A program made the position numbers and the translations under genes. The notes below the pieces were generated by a model. The model ran no database searches and had not been told where the DNA came from. It saw only the letters and a list, made by a program, of their open reading frames with translations. Below are positions 9,669-12,293 of a DNA stretch of 12,293 nucleotides, piece by piece (position 1 is the stretch's first letter; every line of letters starts with the position of its first letter). Source of the DNA: Kofleriaceae bacterium (GTDB taxonomy: Bacteria; Myxococcota_A; Polyangia; Haliangiales; Haliangiaceae); assembly GCA_046597055.1 (NCBI GenBank), contig JBKJLC010000288.1, positions 1 through 12,293 on the forward strand, in the 5' to 3' direction.

Positions 9669-12044
9669 CTACGGGGCGACGTCGAAGGTGTCGACCAGCC
9701 GGGGCCGCAAGCGACCGGCGTCCATCGAGACGTCGTCGAGGCCGATCACGTAGCCGGTCAGGCGGTCGGGGGTGAGCCGGAACCGGATGAACTGGCGGTA
9801 GCGATCGACCAGGGCCGCGCCGCCGACCTCGTTGTTGTGGCCGCCGGCGGCCCCGGCGATCGCGAGGTACCAGCCGAACTGCGCGCAGCCGAAGAAGACC
9901 GCCGCCAGTGGCGCGGCGGTGAACACGACCAACGTCTCGAGCCGGCCGTGCGGCACCACCGCGACCCCGTCGGCGGCGACGATCGCGACCGCCAGCGTGG
10001 CTGCGAGCGAGACCAGCCCGACCGCCGCCAGCAGCACCGGGTGAAGCCGGCGGGTGCGGGCGAACACGGCGTGGCCGGTGATCAGGCCGACGGTGGTGAT
10101 CGCGACCATCGCCGGCAGCGTCCACCAGGTCGACATGGCGATGCGGGCGATGACGAACGGCGCCAGCAGCTGGGCGCCGCCGTGGAACATGCCGACCGCG
10201 GCCAGCACCAGCTGCCGCGGCCACGGCTGGCGGCGGGCGCCGGCCAGCGCCAGTCCGGCGCCGCCGACCAGCGCGATCAACGCGAGCACGTAACAGAGCA
10301 CGTCGAACCAGATCGCCGAAGGATCCGCGAAGTCGAACAGGGCCGGGCTCACGAACGGCAGCGCGGCGCCGCCGATGCCGAGCAGCCACGACAGCCAGTA
10401 GCTGCGCTTGGGATCGATCAGATCGCGCAGGCCGCGGATCTCCTGCAGCGCGCGCTCGCGGTCGGGCTGGCGATCGTGGGCGCGCGAGACCCCGGCGCCC
10501 CACGAGATGGCGATGCCGATCAGGACCACCGCGCCGACCAGGCAGCCGAGGAAGCCGAGCGCGTCGTCGAGCATGCCGGCCCCGGCCCGCGCCGGCATCG
10601 GCACCGGCGCCCCGCTCCACAGGCCGGCCTCGTGCTCGATGCCGACCAGCGCCAGCAGCCGGTCGAACAACCAGCCGGTGCCGGTCGACGACAGCGCCGC
10701 CCACGCGATGCACACGCACAGGAGCAACGGGATCGCGCGGATCAACCCGCCGCGGTAGAGCCACAGCGGGTTGAACAGCCGGCGACCGACCGCGCGTCGC
10801 GACGTCGCCGGGTCGGGATACAGCACCGACGGCTGGCGCTCGCCGATCATGGTGAAGCTCGGATGATGGAACGCGCCGCCCGCGCCCGACACCAGCGACC
10901 GGAACCGCGCCGGCGGCGTGGCCGGCGCCGGGCCCGGCGTCTCGTAGCGCGCGTAGTGATGCTGGTCGCCGGCGAGGTCGAGGCGACACGTGCCCGGCGG
11001 TGGCGCGGCCGCGCCGGTCTCGTAATACCGCGGCAGGTCGAGCCGCTCGAGCGCGGTCTGGTGGTGGCGCTCGACCATGACCGCGCCGAACACCACCGCG
11101 GGCGCGTGGGTGGCGACCACCAGCCGGTCGGGTCGCGGCAGCGAGCGGAAGTAGCTCTCCTGGCGAGCGTCGAGACCGTGCTCGACGTCGAGGCCCCACA
11201 GGTGCCACTGCCACGGCAACTCGATGCCGACGTACGACGCGGTCTGGACCCGCTCGAACCCGGCCAGATCGAGCGGGCCGTGTTCGCGCGCCGGGGTGCC
11301 GCCCTTGCGGAACAGATCGCCGAAGCCGCTGAGGTCGTCGTACCAATCGTGGTTGCCGGGGATGCCGTACAGGCGCCGGCGCGGGGTCAGCGCGGCCCCG
11401 GCGGCGTGCAGGTCGCGCGCGGCCCAGGCGAACGGCGCGCGGACCCGGCCGGCGATCGTGGCGCGATCGGCGACGTGGTAGGCGGTGTCGCCGCCGAACA
11501 GCACGAACTGCCCGGGTGGCAGCAGCGCCGGACCGGCGCCAGGATCGCCCAGGGTCACCATCACCGGGCCCCGGCGGCGATCGCGCTCGTCGGCGTCGGC
11601 CCCGAGGCGGAGCTCGGCCTGGAGCAGGTACGCGACGCTGTACATCGCCGCCTCGCCGTCGCCGGTGTCGCCCACGTAGTCGAACCAGAGCTCGCCCGAC
11701 TCCGGCGGCTCGATCAGGCGCGGCGTCGCGACCGGCTCGACCACCTCGGCGAGCACGGCGCCGCCCAGGCCTTCGAGCCGGATGTCGCGGACCCGGCCGG
11801 CGTCGGGCGCGCCATCCTCGACGTGGGCGTGGCCGAGCGACACCGGCATCCAGTCGCGCGGATCGCCACGTCGGGTGTGCAGGATCGTGTTGAGCTTGGC
11901 CAGCAGCTCGGGCGCCAGCAGCCAGCCGACCGGGCGCCGCGGCCGCCGCGGCTTGGGCGGCACGTCGGCGACCCGCGCCAGCTCGAGCTCGGCGGCGGTG
12001 GTCGGCTGGGTCGGCTCGGCCGCCGGCGGCAGGTTCGGTCGCAT
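9669..12044 (-). CDS. Membrane-associated calcineurin-like metallophosphoesterase, 791 aa
   Basis: Metal-binding motifs WFDYVGDTGDG, FGGDTAY, IPGNHDWYD, VVATH, LAGDQHHY and SGAGGAFHHP. Multiple hydrophobic helices in the C-terminal half. Confidence 0.88.
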   Translation of the reverse strand: MRPNLPPAAEPTQPTTAAELELARVADVPPKPRRPRRPVGWLLAPELLAKLNTILHTRRGDPRDWMPVSLGHAHVEDGAPDAGRVRDIRLEGLGGAVLAEVVEPVATPRLIEPPESGELWFDYVGDTGDGEAAMYSVAYLLQAELRLGADADERDRRRGPVMVTLGDPGAGPALLPPGQFVLFGGDTAYHVADRATIAGRVRAPFAWAARDLHAAGAALTPRRRLYGIPGNHDWYDDLSGFGDLFRKGGTPAREHGPLDLAGFERVQTASYVGIELPWQWHLWGLDVEHGLDARQESYFRSLPRPDRLVVATHAPAVVFGAVMVERHHQTALERLDLPRYYETGAAAPPPGTCRLDLAGDQHHYARYETPGPAPATPPARFRSLVSGAGGAFHHPSFTMIGERQPSVLYPDPATSRRAVGRRLFNPLWLYRGGLIRAIPLLLCVCIAWAALSSTGTGWLFDRLLALVGIEHEAGLWSGAPVPMPARAGAGMLDDALGFLGCLVGAVVLIGIAISWGAGVSRAHDRQPDRERALQEIRGLRDLIDPKRSYWLSWLLGIGGAALPFVSPALFDFADPSAIWFDVLCYVLALIALVGGAGLALAGARRQPWPRQLVLAAVGMFHGGAQLLAPFVIARIAMSTWWTLPAMVAITTVGLITGHAVFARTRRLHPVLLAAVGLVSLAATLAVAIVAADGVAVVPHGRLETLVVFTAAPLAAVFFGCAQFGWYLAIAGAAGGHNNEVGGAALVDRYRQFIRFRLTPDRLTGYVIGLDDVSMDAGRLRPRLVDTFDVAP

Positions 12045-12181
12045 CCCCGGGTGGAGGATAGCCCGCGGTCCGCCCGAAGTGCGGGCCGCACCCGGCTCAG
12101 CTGACCGGCCGGGACGCGCAGGTGGCCGGGGCGGGGTGGCCAGGCGAACCGCGGGTGTCGAACTACCCGCGCCAACCGCAT

Positions 12182-12198
12182 GTCGCCGCGGCGGCGAC
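12182..12198. other. GC-rich inverted repeat just downstream of the RimO-like stop (possible terminator or stabiliser)
   Basis: GTCGCCG-CGG-CGGCGAC, 10 nt after the TGA at 12209-12211. No U-tract. Confidence 0.4.
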
Positions 12199-12208
12199 GG
12201 TCGTGCGA

Positions 12209-12293
12209 TCAGAGCTCGAGCGAGGCAGCGAGATCGTGGTCGGCGGCCTGGGTGACCCGGGCCCGCACGAAGCTGCCGGCCGGCGCGGTGCCG
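12209..12293 (-). CDS. rimO: 3' end of a probable methylthiotransferase TRAM domain (RimO-like), partial; not in the ORF track
   Basis: Own translation of the minus strand gives GTAPAGSFVRARVTQAADHDLAASLEL*. This matches the G.FV.V.VT.A..YDL C-terminal pattern of RimO. Only 27 residues are visible. Confidence 0.6.
   Translation of the reverse strand, partial: GTAPAGSFVRARVTQAADHDLAASLEL

Overview
Very GC-rich bacterial window, almost entirely coding. Gene content and order suggest Myxococcota/deltaproteobacteria (inference). Minus strand, left: translation-machinery operon rpsP-khpA-rimM-trmD-rplS-yraN with a near-consensus sigma70 promoter (TTGACA-17-TAGATT). TrmD is fused to a second SPOUT methyltransferase domain (DUF2168-like), and rnhB is absent before yraN. 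Plus strand, divergent: six genes joined by overlapping stop/start codons. They encode a probable lipoprotein with a degenerate 5'-nucleotidase/UshA-like domain (GQVEPCGC) fused to a 4-motif c554-like cytochrome, an RlpA-type lytic transglycosylase, and an ATPase-permease-ATPase-permease ABC exporter cassette. Right end, minus strand: a 791-aa membrane-embedded calcineurin-like metallophosphoesterase and the C-terminal tail of a probable RimO-type TRAM domain. The first ~330 nt are non-coding, with REP-like hairpin repeats and a hexamer tandem array. The best candidates for something uncharacterised are the cytochrome-RlpA-ABC operon, the structured repeats and the TrmD fusion. Novelty cannot be established from sequence alone.
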